The notes under the pieces were generated by a model. The model ran no database searches, was not told the DNA's origin, and saw only the letters and a program-made list of their open reading frames with translations. A stretch of 62,312 nucleotides of DNA, the filler included, from Piptocephalis cylindrospora (taxonomy: Eukaryota), in NCBI GenBank assembly GCA_003614145.1. It is 6 parts of 6 records of this genome, joined end to end, with 100 filler letters (N's around TTAATTAATTAA, not from the genome) between each part and the next. Parts side by side here need not be neighbours in the genome. Positions count along the whole stretch, not along the records: positions 41,742 to 52,001 come from KZ988045.1; positions 52,102 to 62,312 come from KZ988046.1; 4 more parts are not named here. One strand, written 5' to 3'. The stretch's first letter is position 1. Every line of letters starts with the position of its first letter. Positions 49,379 through 60,981 of the stretch are shown one piece after another. Both the position numbers and the translations under genes were made by a program.

Positions 49379-50051
49379 GTTGAGTGAATGAGTAAAGGCA
49401 GTATTAGGTGGGGATTCCTGGCCCTATCACATAGGACCAGGAAGGTCATTGCTGGAGCGAGGAAAGTCGTATTCCAAATCCTCAAATTAACCTAGCTTAA
49501 TTTCACTTACCATGCATTTTTCATCCGAATTTTCGTGATATGTAAAGTGGAGCGGAGTCTAAACGTGGTGGGTTTCAATCCAGGAACGAGGTCTCCAAAC
49601 GCTCATTCAATTGGTTGGAGCTTGCCTTCCTCTCTATTCCCTCTCATTATTGAGGAACAGGCACCGGGAACAATGAGACGAGCCCTTCGTCCATTTTCTG
49701 CTCTTCTCTCTTTGCCCCTTCTTCTTTCTATCTCCTTCCCTCACCCTCCTCCTCCCCTCTCCCCCATCCTCCTCTCGTCCCGCCTTATCACGTTCAGCTC
49801 ACGATCAGCCAGTACCCCTTCCTGCTAGGACATCACCTTCTCACTTCCCCCTCTCCGTAGCACACTTCGGACCATATCTTCAGCTCGTGTTGAGCCCTTT
49901 CCGGCCAACACATTAGAGTAACGTCCCCTTTTAGCCTCAACTTCTTCTTGTTGTGCTTTCTGAACCTCCTCCCTTTTCCCCTCTATTTCGACTCTTCCTG
50001 CTGTTAGCCGCAACGACGAACCCTTCAAGCACGATTTATCCATTTCTAACG

Positions 50052-51914
50052 ATGCACTTCTTCACCTTCATCCTCCCTCTCCTTCTTACCATTTCTCTTT
50101 CCTTCCTATCTCTACGCCAGTCCTCTCCCGTACCTGATCAGCAACATGTGCCTGCACAGCCCATTAGGGAAATGCCCATATCCAAATCCCTGAAGCAAGT
50201 CAACCACCCTACTACTCCTTCCCAAATACATCTTAACTCCTTAAAAAGGCATCATGCATCCCCCTCGGCCTCCCGTCCCCCTTCTACTTCTCAACGCCAT
50301 CTAACTCGTTCGCCCTCTGTCGTACATCGTGAATCACTCTCATCCCTTTCCTCTGACCGAAAGGTAGTAACCAGGGCTCTCTCAGAAGTCCTAAATCGAC
50401 TTCATAAGAGTGAAAAAGAAAAGCACCTTCCCTTTCGCCTTCTCACCCGAGAGCAGATTCATTTCGTAGCCGAACAAAGTTTCAAGGATATATCTGGAAC
50501 CCATGAGAAAACTGTCTTGGAGAAGGAGTTGGTCAAGTTTATGAGTGATCATCACAAACAGGATATCCCAAGAACTCATTGGGACGAGATTGTCCGCATT
50601 CTCACTCATAACGCAAAATCGGTTTATGAAAGGCCCGGCGAACAAAGGAGCTCAGCTTCCTTGCGCCCATCCGGCGCCTCTCAAAGATCTGGCGGACAAA
50701 GGAGCTCAGCTTCCTTACGCCCATTCAGCGCCTCTCAAAGATCCAGTGCATCGAAGTTTGCTCTCAGAGACCAAAGAGGGCCTCTATCAGGTGGTGGAGG
50801 CTCGCTCAGGAGATCTCAGTCAACTGCCAGCTCTGCCTTGAACGTTCCTTCCATGTCTTCTTTATCTTCCTTGTCATCTTCATCCTCATCCTACCTCATG
50901 GGAGATGAAGAGGACGGTGAAGAAAGGGGAGGCTATGGCCCCGATGGGAAGAGCAAGAAAGGTTTCTTTGGACGGCTATGGAAGGGAGTTCGTGGCATAG
51001 GAAAAGGCAAGGGCAAAGACATGGACCTTGACCCCATTTCTAGTCGTTCCCAGCGATCAGGATCCGGTTCCCGCAGCGGCAGCAGTACTTCATTGGGAGT
51101 TTATTACGATAAGGACATGGATGGTTCGATGAACTTGGACGCGGATGACGTCATTGAATCTAAGGGGATGTGGGAAAAGTTCAAGGGAAAATTTCGATGG
51201 GGAGGCCAAAAGGCTAAGCGGTATCAAGATATTTGGGCAACGGAAGACCCGACCGTGACAGATGACTCAAAAACCCAAAGACAAGGCAACCAACATCAGG
51301 GCATCGAAGCCCTTGCGAACATTGCTGCCTCACTTGGCCAAACAGCTATGACGGAAGCGAGGAAAAGACAGCGAAATCAAAGGAAATCGTCTTCCTCATC
51401 CTCCAAGTATAATGATGATGACGATGAATACAGTAGCAAAAAAAGCAAGTACTCTGATGATGATGATGACGAAATAGGGTCTGGTAGAAGCAAAAAGGAT
51501 GATGATGACGATGGATGGGACAGTGGTAAAGGAAGCAGCCTTGAAGGGGGAAATGACGGTAAGGGAGTCAATGAATCTGGGGCCGACGACGACCCTTATG
51601 ATTCCATGAGTAACCACGACGACCATGTCGGTCTGGACAGAAGCAATGGCGGGGATTACTCAAGTCGCACAGATAATGAATCTAAAGCCTCGGAAGTCTC
51701 ATCCACCACAACTCATGCCCACGACCCCGCCCATACTCCCACTCCAACCGCTAATGCTAATGATACGAGCATAGCCACGCCCTCAGCCAGTAGCTCATTG
51801 GGGCACAAGTTGGCCTATACCCCCGTGGACGACCCTTCCCATCAGTCTGCGGCAAAACCATCCAGTTTCCGTCCTCACATCAAAGGGCCCGGCCTTCACG
51901 CCTCCAACCTTTAA
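50052..51914 (+). CDS. Secreted Ser/Asp/Gly-rich hypothetical protein (effector candidate)
   Basis: Signal peptide MHFFTFILPLLLTISLSFL; intronless ORF of about 620 codons; internal duplication QRSSASLRPxxASQRS at about 50641-50745. Confidence 0.75.
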   Translation: MHFFTFILPLLLTISLSFLSLRQSSPVPDQQHVPAQPIREMPISKSLKQVNHPTTPSQIHLNSLKRHHASPSASRPPSTSQRHLTRSPSVVHRESLSSLSSDRKVVTRALSEVLNRLHKSEKEKHLPFRLLTREQIHFVAEQSFKDISGTHEKTVLEKELVKFMSDHHKQDIPRTHWDEIVRILTHNAKSVYERPGEQRSSASLRPSGASQRSGGQRSSASLRPFSASQRSSASKFALRDQRGPLSGGGGSLRRSQSTASSALNVPSMSSLSSLSSSSSSYLMGDEEDGEERGGYGPDGKSKKGFFGRLWKGVRGIGKGKGKDMDLDPISSRSQRSGSGSRSGSSTSLGVYYDKDMDGSMNLDADDVIESKGMWEKFKGKFRWGGQKAKRYQDIWATEDPTVTDDSKTQRQGNQHQGIEALANIAASLGQTAMTEARKRQRNQRKSSSSSSKYNDDDDEYSSKKSKYSDDDDDEIGSGRSKKDDDDDGWDSGKGSSLEGGNDGKGVNESGADDDPYDSMSNHDDHVGLDRSNGGDYSSRTDNESKASEVSSTTTHAHDPAHTPTPTANANDTSIATPSASSSLGHKLAYTPVDDPSHQSAAKPSSFRPHIKGPGLHASNL

Positions 51915-52001
51915 AAACGCTTTTCTCAGATGCAATTCGGCTTTGTTTCATCTCTCCGTGAAGATACATAATAGGATATCTTTTGATTTTCTCGAACTTG
52001 G

Positions 52002-52101
52002 NNNNNNNNNNNNNNNNNNNNNNNNNNNNNNNNNNNNNNNNNNNNTTAATTAATTAANNNNNNNNNNNNNNNNNNNNNNNNNNNNNNNNNNNNNNNNNNN
52101 N
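52002..52101. other. Artificial contig spacer
   Basis: N44-TTAATTAATTAA-N44. Confidence 0.97.
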
Positions 52102-52228
52102 TGGGATGGGGCTAGGTTGGGGCAAAGACAAGCGGGATGAGGAAGGAGAGGCTGGGGACGGAGGGGTGGCGATGGGGGTGTTAAATATGGGTGGGTGTGG
52201 GGGGGGGCGAGAAGGGGGGGGGGGAGCA

Positions 52229-52263
<35 letters not shown>

Positions 52264-54276
52264 AGGAGGAAAGATCTAGGCACTTGAGGGTGAGGAATGG
52301 AAAAGGAAAGGCGTGCGCAGAGTCAACAAAACGAGAGGGGAAGAGAGGGGACGAGACGAGCGGGTTGAGTCGGAAGGATCAATTCCTTTTATACCTCTGG
52401 ACCCAATGAGGAGCGGATGGGTGAGTGTGGCATTTAGAGGAGTTTTGGTGGTCCGAACCGGGAAAAAAAGGTGGCAGGCCGCACACCCCCTCCCACACAC
52501 ATACCCATACTTTATGCCTAGGCAAGGAACTGAGGTTTAGATGAGGTCAGGGTAGGAACGAAAAGAGGGGGAATATTCACTGATGCCAGCTAGGGGAGAG
52601 ATGAAAGCAGTGAGGATACACACAGTCGCTCCCTGCTGCACATAACCACTCACAGCTTAAATCAGCGCATTGAGTCCCTCCACACTTTATCGCCGCCACT
52701 CGGATGAGAGACTGCCCCATACGGAAGGGGCGTGAGAGAGGCAAGGACTGGGCGAGGTGGCGCAAGGACACATAATATTTAAACCCGGGGTTTTGGGTAC
52801 GGTACAAGAATCACCGGGGCCCATCCACAGACCACCAATCACACTCCTTGAACCTGCGGTATCCCAACCAATCAAAGACATAAACGATGAAGACATTATT
52901 ATTGTTATTGTTATGGGAAAGTATGAGTTCGGAGGAATGGGCTGCACGTATATTGAGAAGACAATGTATTGTTTCTATATCGATACAGGATCTTGGCTAG
53001 AGAATGCCTTTTCTGGAGGATACAATTGATCCGGAATATCCTAATTATATAACTGTTCGCCATGATAAGGGTTTAATGTGATTAGCATCATCCCATACTT
53101 CCCGTAGCCTAGTCGTCTAATCTTCTTCCTTTAGGTTCGACTCTGAGTGCGTTATCCCTCTCTTGCACTAGGTCAAGTTCAAGAACCCCAATGGCGCCGT
53201 CCCCACTTCTGGCCACCATCTTCCTTGTGGATTCCATGGTCATCTACCCCAGGAGGGGGTGCGCTAATGATTTTCTGCAGTGTCCATTTCAAAAATTACT
53301 GTACAGGGCACACGCCGGGAACATTATTTCCGGTACCACGCAGACTGGACGAATGAGGCGGGTATTGTGCTCGAATGCCTTTAGCGCCTACCCCACTAGG
53401 GAAAATAAAATAGTTTCAACGACAACAACAATATTAGCATCATTCTTTATCAATGACCTAGCCTCTGGTATCATGCATCCTGGGCCTAGGACAGGTTCTG
53501 TATCCAGATGCCCTTGCATATCTCTGAGGGATATAAAATGATTTCATCACCATTACTGAAATAGAGCACGCGTCAGGAACGACGCTCCTGGTACTACATA
53601 CGCCAGCTGTTTTTCTTTTGGGGGAGGGGGATTACGTTGGGTCCCATTCAGTAGTATGTTCCGCCGAGGGAAAATAAAGAAACTCCATCGTCATCATGTG
53701 TGAGGTGGTTGGAGAAGTTTTGACATCATTGCACGCTGTACTACACCAAGACCATTCATTCAATCCTACTCCAGCGTTCATGCTCGGATGAGTGCCGCCT
53801 AATTTGGCCCCATACGTCCAGAACGTTGAGTCCGGTCTTTCCCAAGCTGGGAGGAGTACATCATTACTATATTACAGCAAGGTGGTCTTGGATGTGTTTG
53901 CAGCATTATTTCCCTTGTCTTTATCCTCTGATCATTGCTTTCCACATCCTTGGCCCTCCCTTTCCTCATCAGAATTACTCAGAGGGAAGACGGAGTTTCA
54001 ATGGATTTTCCAATACCCAAGTGACTGATTTCAATCTCCGGTGATTCCCTTCACCCTGTCCCCTCCTATGGCACCTTGAAGGCTGAAACGAGGGCTGCCC
54101 TGCCTCTATAATTCTTGGCTTTCTCCTTCCACTTTCACTTCCACTTCTTCTCTACCACTGTTCTCTCCTTCCCCCCCTCCATCCATCTCAACCTCCCTAC
54201 ACCAACCTCTCGGCACCCGGCGTGTCATATCTTTCCTCCTCTCCTCCCAAATCCATAACAAAAACCCGTCGGGGAA

Positions 54277-56073
54277 ATGCTCCCTACCTTTTTTTCCCTC
54301 CTGGTCGTCTTGACTCTGCAGGCCTTGGGAGCTACTCAGGGAAACGCCCAGAACGTCGTCCAAGGAAACAGCCAAGGTAATAACCAAGTTAGCAATCAAG
54401 GAAATAACCAGGGCGATAGCCTAGGTAACGGCCAAGGTAATAACCAGGTTAACAGTCAAGGTAATAACCAAGTTAACAATCAAGTCAACAACCAAGACAA
54501 CAATCAAGTCAATAACCAAGGTAGCAATCAAGTCAACAACCAAGGAAATAGTCAAGGCAACACCCAGGGCACCAAGCAGGTCACTGATCCAGGCCTTGTT
54601 TGCTACAACGATCTAACCCATGAAATCAAGCAATTTCTCAGAGGGTTGTGCCCGACAGGGACTCGTCAACTTGATGCCACGCAGATTGCCTGTGTAGATC
54701 CCATCAAGAAGGTTCGCGCACCCATCAACACGGCGACAGTCCCTGCTTCCTGTTCAAAGGGTAACGTCATGGGTAGGATTGCCGATTACCTCAGTGATAG
54801 CGACAACCCCAAGGTCGGCGACTCCATGGTCCCCTTCTTCTTGTGCCGTACCTCTGATGGTCTCGTTGCCTATGTCACTCCTGAGTGCCCTGAAGGCTCC
54901 AGTAGCATGGATACCTCCTCTCTGGCCTGCCGGGATGTAACCCAGGGTACTTACACTAGCCCGAACGCAAATGATGGCTTTTGTGCAGAGAACCAGGCCA
55001 CTGTTTCCTACCTCGATTACACCTGCACTCATGATGTTTGTCAGCAAGGGGATAAAATGAACCCTCTTACCGGGATCCAGGTCCCAGACAAGCCCTCCAA
55101 GGGAGTCATTGATATAAATTCCCTTGGTGCTGCGAATAGTACCAGCGGGCAGGATGGCCAAGCACAGGGGCAGGAACAAGGAGGTGGGGATCCTACTGTA
55201 GGTACTAATGGTGTTACCACCAATCCCATCTTCACCGACGTCACCAATCAGTATGTCTACCAGGGCCCCGTCTATTGCCAGGAAAAGATGGGTTCACCCG
55301 TCACCGTCACCCCCCCCGAGGGATGCCCCGCGGGCTCCAACCCTGTCCCGGGCTATTTGACTATGTGTATGGACCTCTCAAAAAAGACCATTGTCAAGGC
55401 TCAAAACTCAAAGTGTCCCGACTTTGCTGATCAAGTGTACGTCCGAGATTGGTCCTGCCCCTACACTCACGTCCAGCCCGACGGTAGTTGCCCTGAGGGG
55501 ACCCCCCTCATCTTAAGCAACATTGCTACTTACACTGGCGTCTATTGCATCGATCGTACCAATGGCTCCCTTTCCCTTAGCGCCGACACCCTCACCTGTG
55601 CGAATGGCAACATTCTCATGGATGACCCCAACCGGAGTAATTGCATGGATTTCAAATCCAAAACACTGGTCGGCATGACAGAAGATGGTGATTGTCCTGA
55701 GAACGCCGGGTTCATCGACACCGCTCTCTTCCGTTGTGGGGCTGCTGACGGTATTCTTGCTTCTCAATGCGGCAGCGATACTCCCCTTGTCTTCCTCACT
55801 GACAAAAAAGCCCAGGAAGATTCTATGCGCCGTTACCAATACGCTCGCGCTGCTTCCTTGCAACTGAGGGCCATAGCTTCAGCCTTCCTTAGCAAGCGTT
55901 TCCCAGACTTTTACTTGGGCGAAGGTGACCAAGGAAGCCAAAATGCGCAGGACAATCAAGACACCCAGAGCAATCAAGATACCCAGAGCAGCCAGGGTAA
56001 TCAAGGTACTCAGGGCAACCAAGGCACTCAAGGCACTCAGGGAGGCCAATCTGGGCAGACTGTTTTAGGCTAA
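54277..56073 (+). CDS. Secreted Cys-rich repeat protein with N/Q-rich terminal repeats
   Basis: Signal peptide MLPTFFSLLVVLTLQALG; NNQV/NNQG repeats; repeated C..CPxG modules; C-terminal NQDTQS/NQGTQG repeats. Confidence 0.85.
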   Translation: MLPTFFSLLVVLTLQALGATQGNAQNVVQGNSQGNNQVSNQGNNQGDSLGNGQGNNQVNSQGNNQVNNQVNNQDNNQVNNQGSNQVNNQGNSQGNTQGTKQVTDPGLVCYNDLTHEIKQFLRGLCPTGTRQLDATQIACVDPIKKVRAPINTATVPASCSKGNVMGRIADYLSDSDNPKVGDSMVPFFLCRTSDGLVAYVTPECPEGSSSMDTSSLACRDVTQGTYTSPNANDGFCAENQATVSYLDYTCTHDVCQQGDKMNPLTGIQVPDKPSKGVIDINSLGAANSTSGQDGQAQGQEQGGGDPTVGTNGVTTNPIFTDVTNQYVYQGPVYCQEKMGSPVTVTPPEGCPAGSNPVPGYLTMCMDLSKKTIVKAQNSKCPDFADQVYVRDWSCPYTHVQPDGSCPEGTPLILSNIATYTGVYCIDRTNGSLSLSADTLTCANGNILMDDPNRSNCMDFKSKTLVGMTEDGDCPENAGFIDTALFRCGAADGILASQCGSDTPLVFLTDKKAQEDSMRRYQYARAASLQLRAIASAFLSKRFPDFYLGEGDQGSQNAQDNQDTQSNQDTQSSQGNQGTQGNQGTQGTQGGQSGQTVLG

Positions 56074-56369
56074 AGGAAAGAGACGGCGCAGTGGGATGGG
56101 TGGAATACAAATTCTATATTAGTTTTCCGTTATTGGTTTTGCAAAGAGATCAAAAAGTATATGATATTATTTCCTTTAGAAGGCAGGATCCATGTCTTCA
56201 ATTTCATCTAGAAACATGAGTAAACCTCACTCACAATAGGAAAAGGCCAGAGATATTCATCATTCATACATCTAGATCTTTTCATCCACTTGCCCATCTT
56301 TTAAAGTTCCCATCACCAATTTGGCCCATGAACCAAATTTCCCCTCATTTGATCACTCCCGAACCGTCC

Positions 56370-59300
56370 TTAGACCCGAATGTTATTAATGGCTACATGC
56401 AATCCATGACCAAGGCCACGAACGCTGTCGAGAGACCCGATCTTTTCGGTAAAGTACCTGGCATCTACTAATAGTCTGTTAAGGAGGTTGATTAGTAATG
56501 TATTTACCTCTCTCGCCTTCCCCATAGCCACCTACCTTTGTTTTCCACGGGCCGCCTTGATCCGTAGGGAAAGCATGGCCTCTTGCAGCTTTTCCTCGTA
56601 CATCTCTGCAACACGTGTCATCACCATCTAATTCAATGAGGGAAAGGGTTCAGCATGAACGAAAGATACAGTTACTTCCTCTAATACTCCTATTTTTCAG
56701 GATACAAACACTTACCCGAGTGACATCCTGAAAGAGGTACCTAGTAAGGACTCGATGGAGTGTAGTTGTCTCCTTGACCAAGAGAAGCATGTACGTACTA
56801 GGAGATCCATCCACTTCGTCTCCTTCCTCATTCCCTCCTCCCTCCCCCGATTCCCCATCTTGACCTAAATCAACTCCGGCTACATCCCAATCAATGGCCT
56901 ATTAAAGTAACGGGAAAAGTAGGTTTAGTCATCCACCCTTCAATCTCATGTCTCTCTCCTTAATCCCCAAGAAATATATAATCTTACCTGAATGGACTGG
57001 CAATGAAGCATGGCCCTTTCCGACATAATCTCCACAAATTTATCATACAGACCGTTCAGATGATCCGACATCAGCTGATCCACTTCATCAAACATCTCCT
57101 CATCTTCCCCAGATCCCCCGACGAAGCATTCTTTGAGGGCTGGAAGTAAGGTTCGCATACACCCCACCGCCTGGGCACCCAAGGCAATGTGCTTGGCCGT
57201 GATGTTCCGGAGCTCCGCCGTCTCCACCGCCCTGGCCCCAAGGATGGCCTGCTCCACCAAGCTATTCCATTGCCGAAGGATTCCTGCTACTCCGGACGCC
57301 ATGAATCCCCGGATAAACTCCCTCTCCACCTCGGACTCCTCCCCGTCTCCGGGCACCGAAGAATCCCGGTCGTCGGGGACCACCCCGTTCTCCCCTTGGG
57401 TTCCCTCCCCCTCCAAGATGGCCTCACATTCCACGTACTCCCCGACCAGACGGAGGACCACCAAGGTAGATCCGACCGTCCAATAGGATGTGCCACCAAG
57501 GTGGAGTTTTTTAGCCATGGGCATGACCGATTCTTCAGTTCCTTCCCCACACTCCCTATCTCCCTGACCCTCATCTAGAGAGCCGAGGTGCCGATGGGCT
57601 TCCCGTAGAAGATGCCTGATGCTTTGAAGGGGCGTGGGGGCTCGTATACCCCCGTTAGGATTGGAGCTTAGAGTGGGGCTAGCCTCCAAATCTGGAGAAA
57701 AAGGTGAATCGATGATCGATTCATCTCCCTCTTCTTCTCCTCCTGACACCCCTGCCCCTTGACCCATGTCCAATTCGATTCCAAGACCATTCTCGTCCTT
57801 CTTTCTCTCCATTGCATCCATCACCTCATCATCCTTTGGCCGTTCAATCAGTGACATCAGTGTATCCACAAGACGCTGATACGACCGTGGAACCTCCACT
57901 TGAGCCCATACCTCCCCATCCACTACGGGAGAGAGATGTCGATAGCGTTGAGCGTGGAAATGGGCGGCAAAGGCTCCGCTCTGTTCTTCCAGTGTGACAC
58001 GAAGAATATGGGCGGGCTCACGAGTCAGGGTTTCTAGGTCATGGATAAAGTGCCCCACTCCCGCCCGAAGCCTCCCAAAGTCTACGGCTCCCAGCTGCTC
58101 TGTCTGATCGGCCCGGAGCTCCAGGAGCCTACGCACCCGGATTTGCGCTTCTGCCCCGACCCGACGTACCCCTTCTGCCCCGGTTACTTCCATGCGTGCA
58201 CATACACTTTCGTCTAACCCGGTCAGGAGTCCAAGGCCAGACCGGACCCACACCGCTCCACGAACCAAGGGAAGTTGACCGGCACACAGTGTACGTAAGA
58301 GATCTAGAAGGGCCTGGGGATCGAGGAACCGAACCCTTCGACCAAATGTCTCACTTTGCTCTAGGTCGACGAAGCTAGCGGCCCGTGCCCTACCCACAGC
58401 TTCTCGGTGCATTGTCGAGGAAGGTGCCGGAGAGCGTGGTGGTGGAGAGTGGATAGAAGCCAGGGCCGGGGAGGAGGGAAGGGAGGGAAAGTTTCCGGTG
58501 GTGGGGGTAGGGGCCACTCCATAGGGCACACAGCACTCGCCAAAGAGGAGATCTAGCTGATGGATAAGCGCTGCCGTGAAGGCCTGGACTACCCTGCCGA
58601 CTCGATCTTCCCCCTCTGTGTTCGTTTGAAGGACAGCCTGTAGGAGGCGTCTGGTCCTTTCTACCTCGGGTTCCAGCCTATGTTTATCATCTTCTTCCTC
58701 ATGAAAAGCATCCTTCTCCACGCCCTCTGGTGGGAATCCTTGGGTGGAGAGGCGAAGGAGAGAATCGACTACCTGCCTCTCTAACCGGACCAGACCACGT
58801 TCGGCCACTCCATCCAACTGAGCCTCCAAATGCCGGATGACCCAGGCACTGGGAATGGGGAAGGGCCTAGAGGTGGCGTCCTCTAGAAGGGTACGGACGG
58901 CCTGGCGAGCCTCTTGCACCTCTCTTACCCTACTACCCGAACTGGATGCGGTGGGGCGGAGGGGGGGAGGGGAGGGAAGAGCGTCTGTAAAAGGAGGGTC
59001 GCGTTCCTCTTTTTCCTTTTCTCCCTCCTTTCCCTCATCTTCAGGACTCTCGTTACGACATACATTGTCGGCATGAACAATGGAGGAAACAGCGGATCTC
59101 AGGGCGCGAGCTCGTCGTAGCTGTCGACCCAAGCGGATGAGACGGACAGAAGCTTCGGCCTTGGCTCGGGCCTTGGCCACCTCCAATCGCAAAAGCCGTA
59201 CTTCTTCTACCGCTCCATTAGTCCCAGAATGCAGGTCACGTAGGCGATCGAGGGTGGCGAAGAAGCTTGGGGATTTTTGAGAAATTTCACGGAGAAGGGC

Positions 59301-60303
59301 AGCCTCCACCTCGTCCAGATGACCACCAATCCCACGCTGCATTCGCATCAGTGGACGGGGTGGGGAAATACCTTTTTCCCTGTCCTCGGTGCCCTCGGAA
59401 AGTTCTGGGTCATCATAGGCCTCTGTGTCGAAGAGTTGTCTCAGGGCATCAAATGTGTCTGGGTTTGAGAGGGAAAAGTCGGGAAAGGTAAAGAGCTCGG
59501 GGAGAGGCGGAATATCTTTGGCGGGATGACTGATCAGTTCGGGAAGGCTGTTCCCGGTTCCCTGAAAAGTCAAGGCTAAGGGAGACACCATGGGTTTATC
59601 CTTTCCATACCCTAGTGAAGATGATGCGGGATGAATGAGTCATGGAAAAAGAAGCTAAGCAAATGAATAGACAAGGGTTTTAGTCCCAATCTACACACCC
59701 TTCATTCATGTTACCTTGTTCGGCAGAGGAAATAGACTGAGACCGGGCTCGGTGAAGGGCCTGGGCATAGGGGGAATTAGCCTTCCAGGCTCGATAGCCT
59801 GCCCGATCCAGATTCTGGAGATAGGGGGTAAACTCCACGGAGCGTACGCGACGAATGAGTGTTTTGGTAATGGGAGGGATCTCATTGCGGATCCCGCCCT
59901 TACTGCTGCTCTTGAGGCCCATGCTCCCCTCGGATCCCCCACCGGAAGCCCTGGAGCTGGAGGTTCCGCTGGAAAAGGCGCCGAGGATCGAGGAGGTAGG
60001 GGTGCGGGGGGGTTTCGAAGTGGGGTCATTGAGAAGACCCGAGATGGCGTATCGACCCACGGCTGTACTCGAGGACCACCGACGACCCCCTGCTTGACCG
60101 GTACTAAGGGTATCCCGTCTAGGGGAGGAAGAAGATCCAATGGTAGGTCGACGGTTAGAGGCGGTGGAGTGGGTTCGAGCTCGGTTTCCCGAGGTAGGGG
60201 GAGACAGGGTGGGTGAGGAGGGGGAAGTGGTCTGTCCCTCACCCGGTCGCCCCCCCGAGGGTAATCGGGCTGACGGGGTAGATCGGGTAGAGTCCGGTGG
60301 CAT
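56370..60303 (-). CDS. VPS54: GARP complex subunit Vps54, multi-exon
   Basis: Motifs HLDEVEAALLREISQKSPSFFATL, E.W.QVEVP..YQ.LVD, WNS...QAILGA.A...A.LRNITAKHIAL and KETTTLHRVLTRYL. Last exon ends ..NNIRV* at 56370. Confidence 0.9.
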
Positions 60304-60981
60304 GGATCTAGGAGAGAGAGAGAGAGAGAGAGCCGCAGGATGATGATAGAGAAAAGGGTGGATGTGGGAGATATGAAAGGAGGAGGATATGAGCTATGGT
60401 GGTGCGATGAGTGTTGATTGATTATTTATCAAGAGAGGGGCAGGCGGAGATGAGCTGGGCACATCCAGAGGAGGGGGGGAAGTGGAGATGGATATGGGAA
60501 ACCAAGCTCAGCGCGAGAAATCTCAAGTGTCGCGGTGACCTTGGGTGTGTGTGGGAGGACAGAGTGGTACATATTGTCCTTCTGGTGCGATTCTGACCCA
60601 GTGTGGAGAATATCTATTTATTGTTTATTATTGCTTCAAAGAGCAGTAGAGATTCGGGGTTCCCCTTTATGCCTCATGACTAGATGCGGTGAAAATGTAT
60701 TTGGCGCTGTAGGCTTAGGTATAGATAACGGTAGTTCAGGGACGGATTCAGGGTTTGCAACGATCTGAAAGATAGAGGAAAAGCCCCACTCTCCTCCTAG
60801 ACATCATTGCTCTTTCCGTACGACATAATATTGAGTATGATTCTCAAAAAATATGCCGAAATTTTGCGTACTTCACCGTTTACGTTCTACCATCACTCCT
60901 AGAGCTCATATTGTTTACTGTTTAATACCTCTAGAGTTCATGTAGTCTGATGATACTCTCAAGACACATATTCCATGACCA

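Noticed and set aside
10379..52101. Five regularly spaced TTAATTAATTAA palindromes about 10.3 kb apart
   Set aside because: Each sits inside an identical N44 padding and the segments decrease in length, so these are concatenation linkers. No gene-neighbourhood inference is valid across them.
60311..60332. (GA)n tract just upstream of the VPS54 ATG
   Set aside because: CT-rich leaders are common before many genes here, so it is not distinctive.
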